The notes: generated by a model from the letters alone, not told the origin. DNA of 64,000 nucleotides from Tulanevirus 60ahydrpp (IMGVR_UViG_2974724359_000001:19795-83794), one strand, 5' to 3'. Shown: positions 43,064 through 53,094, counted from the first letter of the stretch. Translations and numbers: made by a program.

Positions 43064-44542
43064 ATGAATATGATCCGTCCACACATCGGCGTGAAAGGTA
43101 TCCCTCTGATCGCAATGACTGATTCTTACAAAATCACCCATTGGAACCAGATGCCTGAAGGTACCGAAGAAGCAGTTTTCTACGTCGAAGCTCGTGGTGG
43201 CAAATTCGATGAAATCGTTATCGGTGGCGTGGAATATCTGCTGACCAAGTTTGCAGAAATCATCACCAAAGATGATATTGACGAAATGGATGCCATGAGC
43301 AAGGCTCACTTTGGCCAAGACGTATTCAACCGTGAAGGTTGGGAAGCAGTCCGCCAATATCAAGAACAGCATGGCTGTCTGCCCATCCAAATCGATGCTG
43401 TTCCGGAAGGTACTGTTGTCCCAGTCAAGAATGTTGTGCTGACTGTTCGTGTCAAAGCACCATTCGTTTGGCTGGCGGGCTGGTTTGAGCCAATCATTTT
43501 GAGAGCTGTCTGGTACACTTCTACTGTTGCCACGCTGAGCCGCGAATGTATCAAATCTATTCGCCGCCACCTGATTGAAACTTCTGACCTGGAAGTAGGC
43601 AGTCCTGAGTTCAACTTTGTGCTGATGACCCGACTACATGATTTTGGTTCTCGCGGCGTTAGTTCTGGTGAATCTGCTGCAATCGGCGGTTGTGCTCATC
43701 TGTACAACTCCATGGGGACTGACACTTTCGAGTCGCTGTATTTCGCAAAACAACTGTTTGGCGCCGAAATGGCAGGCATCTCTGTACCAGCCCGTGAGCA
43801 CTCCACCGTAACCTCTTGGGGTGCCGACCGTGAAAAAGACGCCTACCTCAACTCGGTTGAACTCTTTGGTGCTGGTGCATATTCCATTGTGTACGACTCT
43901 ACCGATTTCAAGAAGGCAATCCGCGAAATTGAGAGCTATAAGGACGAAGTTATCGCCAAGGGTGGTACTCTGATCGCTCGGCCTGACAGTGGTGATATGA
44001 TCGACAATATCAGTTTTGCCCTGGAAACTCTGGGTGAAATCTTCGGTTATGAAACCAACAGCAAGGGCTACAAGGTTCTGAATAAGCATTGCCGCATTAT
44101 TCAAGGTGATGGCATCGACGGCCCCGAAGTTATCGACCGTGTTCTGACTGTTATGAAAGCTCGCGGTTGGGCTGCAGAGAATATTGCGTTCGGCATGGGT
44201 GGCGGTCTTCTGCAAATGGTCAACCGCGACACTTGCAAGTGGGCCATGAAAATGTCTGCTATCAAAATCAATGGTGTATGGAAAGACGTATTCAAATGCC
44301 CGAAAGGTGCTGAATGGAAAGCTTCCAAGAAAGGCCAGCTCAAACTGCGAATCATGGATGACGGCCGCTATTATACCGAAGGAACTATTGAAGGTGGTCA
44401 AATTCTGTACGGTGTAAGCATCAAAGACGGTTTTGTTGAACTTATGTCGAAAGATGCATTCGTCCGTTATTATGACGCTGAAAAAGGTCAAAAATTCAAG
44501 AGCAATCTGGCTCAAATCCGCCAACGAACTGCAATTAAGTAA
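43064..44542 (+). CDS. nadV: nicotinamide phosphoribosyltransferase (NadV/NAMPT)
   Basis: 492 aa; IAMTDSYKITHWNQ and overall NAMPT length and pattern. Confidence 0.75.
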   Translation: MNMIRPHIGVKGIPLIAMTDSYKITHWNQMPEGTEEAVFYVEARGGKFDEIVIGGVEYLLTKFAEIITKDDIDEMDAMSKAHFGQDVFNREGWEAVRQYQEQHGCLPIQIDAVPEGTVVPVKNVVLTVRVKAPFVWLAGWFEPIILRAVWYTSTVATLSRECIKSIRRHLIETSDLEVGSPEFNFVLMTRLHDFGSRGVSSGESAAIGGCAHLYNSMGTDTFESLYFAKQLFGAEMAGISVPAREHSTVTSWGADREKDAYLNSVELFGAGAYSIVYDSTDFKKAIREIESYKDEVIAKGGTLIARPDSGDMIDNISFALETLGEIFGYETNSKGYKVLNKHCRIIQGDGIDGPEVIDRVLTVMKARGWAAENIAFGMGGGLLQMVNRDTCKWAMKMSAIKINGVWKDVFKCPKGAEWKASKKGQLKLRIMDDGRYYTEGTIEGGQILYGVSIKDGFVELMSKDAFVRYYDAEKGQKFKSNLAQIRQRTAIK

Positions 44543-44547
44543 TCATC

Positions 44548-44572
44548 AAATGCCCTCCGAAGAGGGCATTTG
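44548..44572 (+). terminator. terminator-like hairpin
   Basis: aaatgccctccgaagagggcattt. Confidence 0.6.
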
Positions 44573-44586
44573 ACATTGGAGAAATC

Positions 44587-44847
44587 ATGATCAACAAAAT
44601 TATCAAGTGGTATGAACAAGAATGGCTGTATAAAAAGAAAATAATCTATGAATGGAAAAATTCATATCTGGTAAAATATTTTTCAATTGATGGAGAATTC
44701 GGACATCTTCCATCATATTGGGGCCAAATGTACGACGGGTATAAGTTAAATCGTTTACGACTCTTTATTGTTTCTATTGAATGGGGTCATATCGTTATGT
44801 CAAAAGCGGAGTGGGAAAGTAATGCAAATCAAACTGACAAGAAATGA
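44587..44847 (+). CDS. hypothetical protein
   Basis: 86 aa ORF. Confidence 0.45.
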   Translation: MINKIIKWYEQEWLYKKKIIYEWKNSYLVKYFSIDGEFGHLPSYWGQMYDGYKLNRLRLFIVSIEWGHIVMSKAEWESNANQTDKK

Positions 44848-45028
44848 ATTCAAAAAGGCTCTAGAAAATAATGACCAATACGAATATCCACTAAACAATG
44901 AAACAATCAACCAATTGCGTTCAGTTTTTTCTGTCCCGCAAGTTGAATATGTTTATTTGTCATTTCAAGAATATCAATCCATTTTACCCATAATCCCTCA
45001 TGATACGAGTGTGTATGCGCATACATAA
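44822..45028 (+). CDS. hypothetical protein
   Basis: 68 aa from ATG 44822. Confidence 0.35.
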   Translation: MQIKLTRNEFKKALENNDQYEYPLNNETINQLRSVFSVPQVEYVYLSFQEYQSILPIIPHDTSVYAHT

Positions 45029-45242
45029 TCATGCCAAAGAATTCACCAGGGTGATCGGTGGCAATATCAGAGTTAATCTTTTGTCGACAGATCATGAACA
45101 AATCAAAAACACGATATATTGGGCATTTCCTGATATAGAAGAAGTTGAAATTGGAAATTCGAAATATTTTGCCCAAGACGGTAAAATACATAACGCAACA
45201 ATAGACTACAACACCAAACAGGTTATAATGGTGGCAAAATGA
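45000..45242 (+). CDS. hypothetical protein
   Basis: 80 aa ORF. Confidence 0.4.
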   Translation: MIRVCMRIHNHAKEFTRVIGGNIRVNLLSTDHEQIKNTIYWAFPDIEEVEIGNSKYFAQDGKIHNATIDYNTKQVIMVAK

Positions 45243-45637
45243 CCCTCAAGTTTAGAAAATTCAAAGCAAAAGACGAACGTAATATGTTTAAAGTTACCAT
45301 CAACTTCAGCGACAAGTTTGATGATAAAACGATTCATTGGGAACTGCCAGCTGTTAATTTAAACGAAGCTTCTATTGAAATTGAGCGTCTTGCCATTTTC
45401 CTGGAAAAATGCAAAAATCGATACCCAAACGGTAAAGGTGGTCTGGACGATTTCACCGACATTCCCGACTACTATCGCTATTTCTGCGAAGAGGAAGAAA
45501 GCATAGAAATATGGGAAAAATATGGTGTTGAAACACTATGGTGGCCACGCCATGAGGGTGAATATCCAAAAAACCTTGCCAGCTATGAAATCGTATATAC
45601 TGATAACGATAATGTGAAGTACAGTGTAACCATGTAA
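45239..45637 (+). CDS. hypothetical protein
   Basis: 132 aa ORF. Confidence 0.5.
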   Translation: MTLKFRKFKAKDERNMFKVTINFSDKFDDKTIHWELPAVNLNEASIEIERLAIFLEKCKNRYPNGKGGLDDFTDIPDYYRYFCEEEESIEIWEKYGVETLWWPRHEGEYPKNLASYEIVYTDNDNVKYSVTM

Positions 45638-45665
45638 TTAAATAAGAGCATATGGAGGAATCTTT

Positions 45666-46139
45666 ATGCTCTTAAATTCCAAGTCTGCTGATGAATTAAA
45701 ACAGAAATTGTTTGAAGAACAAAATAAGTGTTGTAAATTGTGTGGAAACGAGTTTGACGGTCCATACAATAAACAGCATTTGGATCACGATCACGTATTG
45801 CAAGGCCCGAATGCCGGAAAGATTCGAGGTCTACTTTGCAGTAGATGCAATCTACTTGAAGGCATAATGAAGCACAAGTTTATACGGTCAGGATTAAAGG
45901 CAAAGGATGTTGATTACATCCAATGGATGAGATCACTATTAGAATATGTAGATTCAGATCATTCAAAAAATCCAATACACCCGAATTACGTTTCCGACAT
46001 GACCAAAAATTTCTCACGGAAAAACTTGAGTGAAATGAAGGCTGAACTACGTGAACGAGGATTTGAATTTGATGAAAAAGATCAAAAAGCTGTTTTAGTC
46101 AAAAAATTCAGAAAGCAATTTAAGAAGGCCATTCAATGA
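45666..46139 (+). CDS. gp49: endonuclease VII (Holliday junction resolvase gp49)
   Basis: 157 aa, same length as T4 EndoVII; HLDHDHVLQGPNAGKIRGLLCSRCN, MKHKF.RSGLK, VDYIQW, IHPN, RGFEF collinear with T4 gp49. Confidence 0.9.
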   Translation: MLLNSKSADELKQKLFEEQNKCCKLCGNEFDGPYNKQHLDHDHVLQGPNAGKIRGLLCSRCNLLEGIMKHKFIRSGLKAKDVDYIQWMRSLLEYVDSDHSKNPIHPNYVSDMTKNFSRKNLSEMKAELRERGFEFDEKDQKAVLVKKFRKQFKKAIQ

Positions 46140-47962
46140 CTACCCGATCACTTGTAAAGCAATTAGTAGAAGGCCAATCTGGCCTGCATCACGAAAATGC
46201 GAATAAAAACGCTGACGTTATCCCGACTATGCGAGATATGATGGCATCTATCTCCTCAAAGGATTACGCTAAAAGCATTCTGCCATCTCATTTAATCGAA
46301 GCACATGATAGTGGAGATATTCACATTCATGATTTGGATTACGCTTTTACTCTTCCAATGACAAATTGTTGCTTGGTTAATCTCAAAGAAATGTTCAAAA
46401 ACGGCTTCAAAATGGGTGATGCTCAAATTGAAGAGCCTAAATCCTTTGGCGTAGCTTCAGCTATCATGGCTCAAATTACCGCACAAGTTTCTTCCCACCA
46501 ATACGGCGGGACTACTCTTTCCCACGTTGACCAAGTCCTTGCGCCATACGCCATAATGTCATGGAATAAGCATTTTTCTGTCGGCTGTAGTTTCATCAGT
46601 GACAACGAGAAAATTGAAAAATACGCATATGAGATGACTGCTAAAGAAATCTATGACGGTATGCAAGCTTTCGAATACGAAGTCAACACGATGTTTACCA
46701 CAAATGGCCAAACACCGTTCGTGACAATTACATTTGGGATGGGAACCAACTGGTTCGAAAAAGAAATTCAAAAAGCTATTTTGAAAGTACGAATCAAGGG
46801 TCTTGGAAAGAATGGCATCACACCAGTATTTCCAAAACTCGTTATGTTCATGGAAGCTGGTATAAACTTAAATCCTGGAGATCCAAACTATGAAATTAAA
46901 CACCTTGCTCTGGAATGTTCAGCCAAGCGAATGTACCCTGACATTATCAGCGCGAAAAACAACCGATCCATCACTGGTAGTAAGACTCCTGTTAGTCCAA
47001 TGGGTTGCCGGTCTTTCCTGGCTGGTATAAAGTCTGGCGAACTAGATGGCAGAAACAATTTAGGTGTTGTCTCTGTCAATATTCCCCGGATTGCTATCGA
47101 AGCAAACGGATCACAAGAATCATTCTTTAAACTGCTACAAGAACGTTTTGAATTGTCAGTTGAAGCATCTCTTGAACGAATTAAACACCTAGAAGGTGCT
47201 AAGGCAAAAGCCGCCCCAATTCTCTACACTGAAGGGGCCTTTGGTCTATATCTTAATCCGGAAGAAGAGTTTTTGCCGCATTTGAAAGAACGAGCTTCGA
47301 TTTCAATTGGTTATATTGGCCTTTACGAAGCTGCTTTGATTATGACTGGCAAATCGACTGCTAATGATCTAGAAGCGCGCAATTTTGCGCTTTCGATTGC
47401 AACATATCTCGATTTTTCATGTGCAAAAGCAAAACTCAATACCGGATGGAACTTTAGCCTTTATTCTACTCCGTCTGAATCGCTGTGCGACAGATTCTGC
47501 CAGTTGGATCGCAAGAAATATGGCGTTATCGAAGGAATTACAGACAAGGATTGGTACACCAATAGCTTCCATATTCCTGTTGATGCCGAGTTGAACCCGT
47601 ATGACAAAATAGATGCCGAAAAAGAATTCCATTGGATTGCATCAGGCGGGCATATCAGCTATGTCGAACTACCCAATATGCGAAACAATCTCGAGGCCCT
47701 TGAGCAAATTTGGGATTACGCGATGGAAAATCTTTCCTATTTTGGAACAAACACACCTGTCGATAAATGCTATGAATGCGGTTTTGACGGTGAATTCAAA
47801 TGCACCTCGAAAGGATTTAGTTGTCCGAGCTGTGGTAACCACGACTCGGCAAAGATGTCAGTTATACGAAGAGTTTGTGGGTATCTTGGTGCTCCGCTGG
47901 CGAGAGGATTCAATAAAGGCAAACAAGCCGAGGTTTCATCACGCGTCAAGCATGTGAAATAA
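46136..47962 (+). CDS. nrdD: anaerobic ribonucleotide reductase NrdD
   Basis: 608 aa (T4 NrdD 605); C-terminal glycyl-radical motif RVCGYLG and Zn-Cys cluster CYECGF...CPSCG. Confidence 0.85.
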   Translation: MTTRSLVKQLVEGQSGLHHENANKNADVIPTMRDMMASISSKDYAKSILPSHLIEAHDSGDIHIHDLDYAFTLPMTNCCLVNLKEMFKNGFKMGDAQIEEPKSFGVASAIMAQITAQVSSHQYGGTTLSHVDQVLAPYAIMSWNKHFSVGCSFISDNEKIEKYAYEMTAKEIYDGMQAFEYEVNTMFTTNGQTPFVTITFGMGTNWFEKEIQKAILKVRIKGLGKNGITPVFPKLVMFMEAGINLNPGDPNYEIKHLALECSAKRMYPDIISAKNNRSITGSKTPVSPMGCRSFLAGIKSGELDGRNNLGVVSVNIPRIAIEANGSQESFFKLLQERFELSVEASLERIKHLEGAKAKAAPILYTEGAFGLYLNPEEEFLPHLKERASISIGYIGLYEAALIMTGKSTANDLEARNFALSIATYLDFSCAKAKLNTGWNFSLYSTPSESLCDRFCQLDRKKYGVIEGITDKDWYTNSFHIPVDAELNPYDKIDAEKEFHWIASGGHISYVELPNMRNNLEALEQIWDYAMENLSYFGTNTPVDKCYECGFDGEFKCTSKGFSCPSCGNHDSAKMSVIRRVCGYLGAPLARGFNKGKQAEVSSRVKHVK

Positions 47963-48042
47963 TTTTTTAAAACTTGTTTACGTTTGTGCGGATGTGTGTT
48001 AATATACATTTGCACAAACTAAACAGTCCAAATGAGGTTATT

Positions 48043-48354
48043 ATGTCTGATATTAAGCAAAGTATTGAAACCTTTGAAAAGAAATTCCAGGATATTAAGT
48101 CCATTCTGGAAATCCCAATGGATAAAGCCGAAGCTCAACAAGCAATCCACAAACTGAATTCTATGTCTGAGGAATTTGAATCAATCGCTCAAGCTGTTGC
48201 TGATCGATTCTGCATTTCCTTCTCAACTGGTGATTATGGGTATGGCCGTACCTATTATCCTAAAGGTCACGGCTTTTGGACAGAAAGCAATGCCGAAGAA
48301 TATGGCCAAGGAACCGAGAATGGCTACTGGCTCAGTTCCTCTGATATGTGTTAA
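48043..48354 (+). CDS. hypothetical protein
   Basis: 103 aa from ATG 48043 (RBS gaggttatt); ORF-track start 47974 runs through promoter-like region. Confidence 0.45.
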   Translation: MSDIKQSIETFEKKFQDIKSILEIPMDKAEAQQAIHKLNSMSEEFESIAQAVADRFCISFSTGDYGYGRTYYPKGHGFWTESNAEEYGQGTENGYWLSSSDMC

Positions 48355-48365
48355 GGAGAAAAGAA

Positions 48366-48581
48366 ATGGCTCGTTCTAATGAATTGGTAGAAAAGGCAGT
48401 TCAACTTCAAAAACTTCTTGTTGAAGTTGAAGCGCTGGCAACAGAACACGATTACGGCATGGAAATCAATGGTAACGAAGTTGATTTCAGTGACTGGCTG
48501 TCAAGCAGTTGCTACGGCGAAGGTTCTGAAGCATTCGGTGTCAACGCGGATGGCTCCGTTTGGATGGAAAGTAATTGCTAG
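48366..48581 (+). CDS. hypothetical protein
   Basis: 71 aa from ATG 48366, RBS aaggagaaaagaa. Confidence 0.45.
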   Translation: MARSNELVEKAVQLQKLLVEVEALATEHDYGMEINGNEVDFSDWLSSSCYGEGSEAFGVNADGSVWMESNC

Positions 48582-48585
48582 TCAA

Positions 48586-48608
48586 AGGGCTCTCCGGAGC
48601 CCTAATTT
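48586..48608 (+). terminator. rho-independent terminator
   Basis: agggctctccggagccctaattt. Confidence 0.7.
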
Positions 48609-48620
48609 GAGGATTTTGTT

Positions 48621-49526
48621 ATGATTATTGTTGGCTCTCGTGCTTTTCAAGCTAGGCTAATTCCATTTGTTGCTCCTACAGTAAATATGGACCATGACTT
48701 CATTGCATACGAAGAAGAATGGAACGAATATCAAGCCAGAATGCAAGGTCGGACTATTGAAGTAAAAAGCTCGAATGTTCGAGCTTTCGTCGTCGGTGAT
48801 GGTAAATCTCGTTGCTGTTATCATGAAGCATATATCGTTCAGCCTGGCTCGTCCGATGAAATGATTTACAAACTCATGGATACTGTTCCAGGTAAAGACG
48901 TATATGCCACTCCCGAAATTCTTCTAGCCATGAAAATGGCTCATCGGTTCAAAAAGAACACTCGCAATTTCATCAAAACCATGATGCACATTCATGAATT
49001 GCGTGAATTTGGTATAGTCATGGGGCCTGAACATGTGGAAATTTTCAAAAAGCGTGAACAAGAATCTCTGAATTATGGCCATCCGAAGCTTAACGTCGGC
49101 AAAGGCGCATTTTTCAAAGACGACATCTACACCTATGATCATGATACAATTCACGAAGCTGTGGCGGTTGACGGGATTCCAGCGTATCGATCATATATGG
49201 TTGATGGCGCTGAAGTAATGACGTCAAAAGAAAAATTCTTTAATTGCTCTCGTCACAATCAGTTGATGGGTGTTTATGAAGAATCTTGCGTTTTGGCCCT
49301 GGAACGCTGTCTTATTCCTTTCCCAGGAAAAGTTCAACCCTATAAAGCTTTTCAAATGGCCCTTGAGAAAGTATGCACTTCTATTACATCTGGTTGGTTC
49401 CGTGAATTTGCATGGGAAAATTATTGTGACGTTATGAAAATTTACGCCGATCAAGTCAGGGCTGGCGACTCATACGACGAATTGTTCAAACGAAACCAGC
49501 ATCTCCTGAAAATTCACAGTAAATAA
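48621..49526 (+). CDS. hypothetical protein (301 aa)
   Basis: long ORF, RBS gaggattttgtt. Confidence 0.55.
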   Translation: MIIVGSRAFQARLIPFVAPTVNMDHDFIAYEEEWNEYQARMQGRTIEVKSSNVRAFVVGDGKSRCCYHEAYIVQPGSSDEMIYKLMDTVPGKDVYATPEILLAMKMAHRFKKNTRNFIKTMMHIHELREFGIVMGPEHVEIFKKREQESLNYGHPKLNVGKGAFFKDDIYTYDHDTIHEAVAVDGIPAYRSYMVDGAEVMTSKEKFFNCSRHNQLMGVYEESCVLALERCLIPFPGKVQPYKAFQMALEKVCTSITSGWFREFAWENYCDVMKIYADQVRAGDSYDELFKRNQHLLKIHSK

Positions 49527-49675
49527 ATATGGATTTTCACATAGGAGGAGGTATACTGTGGAAGGATACATAGTCCAACAAAAGTTCGTCAGAACTGACA
49601 TCCCGGCACCAGAACCGGAAAAAGAGGATGAATCCGAAAATCCTAAAACAGACGAATAGAAGCTGTTAATAGTTT

Positions 49676-49710
49676 ATGCCCAGGTGTTATAATGACCCTG
49701 GGCATTTTTG
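49676..49710 (+). promoter_or_regulatory. hairpin with TATAAT in loop (terminator or promoter cassette)
   Basis: aGTTTATgcccaggtgtTATAATgaccctgggcattttt. Confidence 0.45.
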
Positions 49711-49737
49711 TAATTGGAGAATGTAGTGGATATTGAA

Positions 49738-50085
49738 ATGCATATTGAAGCACAAAAACAGATTCGCGAAGCTGAATGGTCTGCCCGTACGGCAAAACAC
49801 ACTCGAATGCGGGAATTGCGAAATGCATATGTAGAAGAAAAAGAAGCTGGCCGAGTCGAATCGGAACTTATTTCAGAAGATCATGTTGCTAAAGCTATTT
49901 CGAGTTATTTGAGGTCGAATGAATACGACGTAATGCTTGACCGTAGAAAAGAAGTCGCAAAACAAAAATTTCGTTGTCCATGCTGCGATACTGATCAAAT
50001 TCAACTTGTTTCATGGGTTAATAAAGTAGTTGATCTTCGATGCCGCAAATGCAACCGGAAATTTATTTGGGAGTCTCCGATATGA
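49738..50085 (+). CDS. C4 zinc-ribbon protein
   Basis: 115 aa from ATG 49738 (start uncertain; alternative GTG 49726); CPCCD...CRKCNRKF. Confidence 0.45.
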   Translation: MHIEAQKQIREAEWSARTAKHTRMRELRNAYVEEKEAGRVESELISEDHVAKAISSYLRSNEYDVMLDRRKEVAKQKFRCPCCDTDQIQLVSWVNKVVDLRCRKCNRKFIWESPI

Positions 50086-50393
50086 TGTTTGAAGAAGCTA
50101 AAGAGTTAGTAAACCGCCCTCCTAAACTATTCTTTGGTAAAGAATATGATGGGACTCATGTAGGCAGTATTTTGGAAAAAATACAGAAATACAATGGCCC
50201 AGGAGATGCTTATCGAGTGGAGTATCGAGTACTGCTAGACGGCGGCGATGTCGTAACTGGAGTAGGAATAGCCAATTATAACTGGATAACAAAAGTTGGC
50301 TACAGACCCGATGTTGAAATAACAAGAATCAAACCCACGGAGGCGACGTTAGACCGATGGAGCTGTATCTACTCGGAGAAATGGCATGATTGA
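50082..50393 (+). CDS. hypothetical protein
   Basis: 103 aa from ATG 50082 (ATGA overlap). Confidence 0.45.
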   Translation: MMFEEAKELVNRPPKLFFGKEYDGTHVGSILEKIQKYNGPGDAYRVEYRVLLDGGDVVTGVGIANYNWITKVGYRPDVEITRIKPTEATLDRWSCIYSEKWHD

Positions 50394-50661
50394 AATATAT
50401 GGAATTGTTTCAGAATCGCACAAATGCCCAGCATGCGACTTTATTGTCAAACGTCTCGAAGAAGATGGCATAGAATATTCCATAAAAACTGTTTTGCGGG
50501 ATGCTAAAACTGATCTCGGGTTTGAGTACCAGCGAGATGTTATCGATGAGCTCAGGCGTCGTATAGGGCAACCCAAAGGTTCTCTGGAGCTTCCCAAGGT
50601 TTTTGTTAATGGGATATACATCGGCGGTGCCAAAGCTCTCCTGGATTATCTGGATTCATAG
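50386..50661 (+). CDS. glutaredoxin (NrdH-like)
   Basis: 91 aa; CPAC near N-terminus; C-terminal FVNGIYIGGAKAL typical of glutaredoxin fold. Confidence 0.65.
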   Translation: MIEIYGIVSESHKCPACDFIVKRLEEDGIEYSIKTVLRDAKTDLGFEYQRDVIDELRRRIGQPKGSLELPKVFVNGIYIGGAKALLDYLDS

Positions 50662-50682
50662 GCCTCTTCGGAGGCCTTTTTC
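50660..50682 (+). terminator. rho-independent terminator
   Basis: aggcctcttcggaggcctttttcg. Confidence 0.8.
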
Positions 50683-50753
50683 GTAAAAGTAGTGTACAAG
50701 GTGTTTTTGCGATGATAAGATAAGTCACAAGTCAAGTGAATGAGATTTACATT

Positions 50754-51104
50754 ATGATCGATATACCGAATATTATTGAAAATATGAACAAAATGTTTGC
50801 GATTCTTGGGTATAAGCCCAATAACGGCAAAGCGTGGACAGGCTATGTTGACGCAGAAGGTAAAGGTCGCCAACCAATCAATTGGCAAACTGCTAAAATG
50901 GTAGGCTTGAACATCTGGTCGCCGCTGTGCCAGCACGAGAAACTGTTTGGAATTACTGCAACTCCTCAGCAACTTGACGAAGTTCGCAAGTTTGCAAAAG
51001 ACAACCAGCGAACAATTGGTTGGTCAAATATGCTGGTGTATGACAAAAAGAACAAACAAATTAGAGCAATGCGTTTGATTGCTAATCCTATGTCAACTAT
51101 GTGA
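50754..51104 (+). CDS. hypothetical protein
   Basis: 116 aa from ATG 50754. Confidence 0.45.
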   Translation: MIDIPNIIENMNKMFAILGYKPNNGKAWTGYVDAEGKGRQPINWQTAKMVGLNIWSPLCQHEKLFGITATPQQLDEVRKFAKDNQRTIGWSNMLVYDKKNKQIRAMRLIANPMSTM

Positions 51105-51113
51105 GAAAATACT

Positions 51114-51701
51114 ATGTCTATGAAAAATATTGCCGAATTTATTCGCACAAAAATCAACTCGTTTGTCAAGAAAAATACTTCTGTCGAAGACCAATATGCG
51201 AAAGCAGCAGAACAAGTGATTGGCCAAATCACCAGGCTGGAAACGGCACATGTGAAATCCGTTTCAGAAGAAAAACGGTTGCGTCAATATGCAAAAGATA
51301 AGCAAGTTGAGGCGCAGCGAAAAGATAATGAAATTCGTATGCTCATGAATCAAAATGTTCCCGTCGAAACTCATGTTAAACTTGCTATTCTGTACCGTCG
51401 TACGGCAGATGCGCTGAATGCCAAAGCTGATGAGTTGGAAAAAATGCGGGACGAGATTAAGCTGGCGGTTGTTGAACTCGACAATTCTCGTTTAGACTTG
51501 GCTGCCAAACTTGAGTTTATCCGCGAAACTCGCAATGCAGAAGCGCTTGGTATTTCTTGTTCCGAAGATGTCATCGAATTGGCTGGTCTCACCAAAGTCG
51601 ATGTCAACGATGTTATGATGCGTATCGAAACCTTCAACGGCGATAAACAAACAGCTGTAACAATTAGCGAAATTGAAAATTATATCAATGGTCTGAAGTA
51701 A
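51114..51701 (+). CDS. coiled-coil protein
   Basis: 195 aa ORF. Confidence 0.5.
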   Translation: MSMKNIAEFIRTKINSFVKKNTSVEDQYAKAAEQVIGQITRLETAHVKSVSEEKRLRQYAKDKQVEAQRKDNEIRMLMNQNVPVETHVKLAILYRRTADALNAKADELEKMRDEIKLAVVELDNSRLDLAAKLEFIRETRNAEALGISCSEDVIELAGLTKVDVNDVMMRIETFNGDKQTAVTISEIENYINGLK

Positions 51702-51705
51702 TTAA

Positions 51706-51730
51706 AAAGGGCCTCCTTGGAGGCCCTTTG
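51706..51730 (+). terminator. rho-independent terminator
   Basis: aagggcctccttggaggccctttg. Confidence 0.7.
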
Positions 51731-51740
51731 AAAATGGAGT

Positions 51741-52613
51741 ATGTTAATGATTTGCTCAACATTAGTAACTCTAGTCGATCCAAATGGAATTCGAACTAAC
51801 TATTGGTATAATCAAGCGACAATGACATATACCAATGCGAAAGGCGAATCTATCGACGCATACACTGCTGGTTCTATGGGATATACTATCTGTCGAACCG
51901 AAGAAGTCAAAGAAACGATCGATTCGTTTCTCGAACTGTCTAATTCTGAAATGAAAAAGAATTATCGCGAAATGATAGGTAAAGATCGTCAGATTGAACG
52001 CGAAGAGCATGATGGGATTGCTAAAATGGATTATGAAACTTTGGTCAAAGCGGTTGAAACTGCTGACAATCTTAGGCTTAATAAGGTTAAAACAAGCGAA
52101 CTTTCGAATTTGAATGCACAGTATCTTTCGACCATTTCCGGTATGGAAAATGCTGCGGCTGCCCTTGAACAAATCTCTGGCGGTATTCAAATTGGAGCAG
52201 AACGGCGGTGGAAGCGGACGTCGGAAGCCCGGCCTGGCGAAAAGTATATAGCGCATTATAACATTTTGCCTGTGGCAGATTTTAAAAATGTGGGCGACGC
52301 AATCAAATTTGTCAAACTCCTGCGTTCCGCACATCCTCAGCTGTCGCACATCGGTTATACAAAATTGGCTTACACTAAACTGGCGTTAAACAACCGCGAA
52401 AATGAAGTGAAAATTGTCAAAGAATGGAATAATCCATTTAATGAGGATGTACTTATTAATATCAGTCTCGGAAAAGGCTATCACATGTCGATCAGCTGCC
52501 CAAATCAAATATTGCTATTGAATGAGTTGTCAAATTATTCTGACATTCCTGAAATCGCACGGGTCGAAATGTTTGTAGACTACTGTCGTCGAACTGCTCC
52601 GAAGAGAGAATGA
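51741..52613 (+). CDS. hypothetical protein (290 aa)
   Basis: long ORF, RBS aaatggagtatgttaATG. Confidence 0.55.
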   Translation: MLMICSTLVTLVDPNGIRTNYWYNQATMTYTNAKGESIDAYTAGSMGYTICRTEEVKETIDSFLELSNSEMKKNYREMIGKDRQIEREEHDGIAKMDYETLVKAVETADNLRLNKVKTSELSNLNAQYLSTISGMENAAAALEQISGGIQIGAERRWKRTSEARPGEKYIAHYNILPVADFKNVGDAIKFVKLLRSAHPQLSHIGYTKLAYTKLALNNRENEVKIVKEWNNPFNEDVLINISLGKGYHMSISCPNQILLLNELSNYSDIPEIARVEMFVDYCRRTAPKRE

Positions 52614-52692
52614 AACAGTTTACAATGTCTGTCAACTGTGATAAGATAATATAGCCGAAACAAGCATTCAAATTTTCGAGAGGAATTCAAAC

Positions 52693-53031
52693 ATGTCTAA
52701 TGCATTCATTGCTGTTCGTAACTTCGCTGTACACACCGCTGCCGCCGAATTCACCGCCGATAATATTCTCGGCCGTGAAATCACTGAGCAAATGATCGAC
52801 AAAGTCGAAAACAAGGTGTGGGATGCTATGATGGAAGCGGGTGTTACTGGCATTGGACGGCGCGCCATTCGCAGCGTTATCGTGCAATATATTGCGGATG
52901 AATTCGGCACTCAACCACTTGGTCACACTCCTACACACGCAGGTTACAAGCAAGTCGCCGAAGATGCGTACAAGAAATATCAAGGAAAAGCTCGCAAAAT
53001 CCGCCAAGAAATGTACGGCAGCAAGCGATAA
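52693..53031 (+). CDS. hypothetical protein
   Basis: 112 aa, RBS gagaggaattcaaacATG, preceded by GTTTACA promoter-like sequence. Confidence 0.5.
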   Translation: MSNAFIAVRNFAVHTAAAEFTADNILGREITEQMIDKVENKVWDAMMEAGVTGIGRRAIRSVIVQYIADEFGTQPLGHTPTHAGYKQVAEDAYKKYQGKARKIRQEMYGSKR

Positions 53032-53094
53032 TTTTCTTAGCTCCAAATAAAGTATCTGAAGGCTTTTGCTGTCTTCCGAAAGAGGAATATCACA

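Noticed and set aside
42342-44524. Long minus-strand ORFs (219 aa at 42342-43001, 94 aa at 42758-43042, 296 aa at 43634-44524, 170 aa at 43058-43570)
   Set aside because: They are antisense to the plus-strand coiled-coil gene and to NadV, which has clear family motifs. All neighbouring genes are plus-strand and tightly packed, and these ORFs have no start context.
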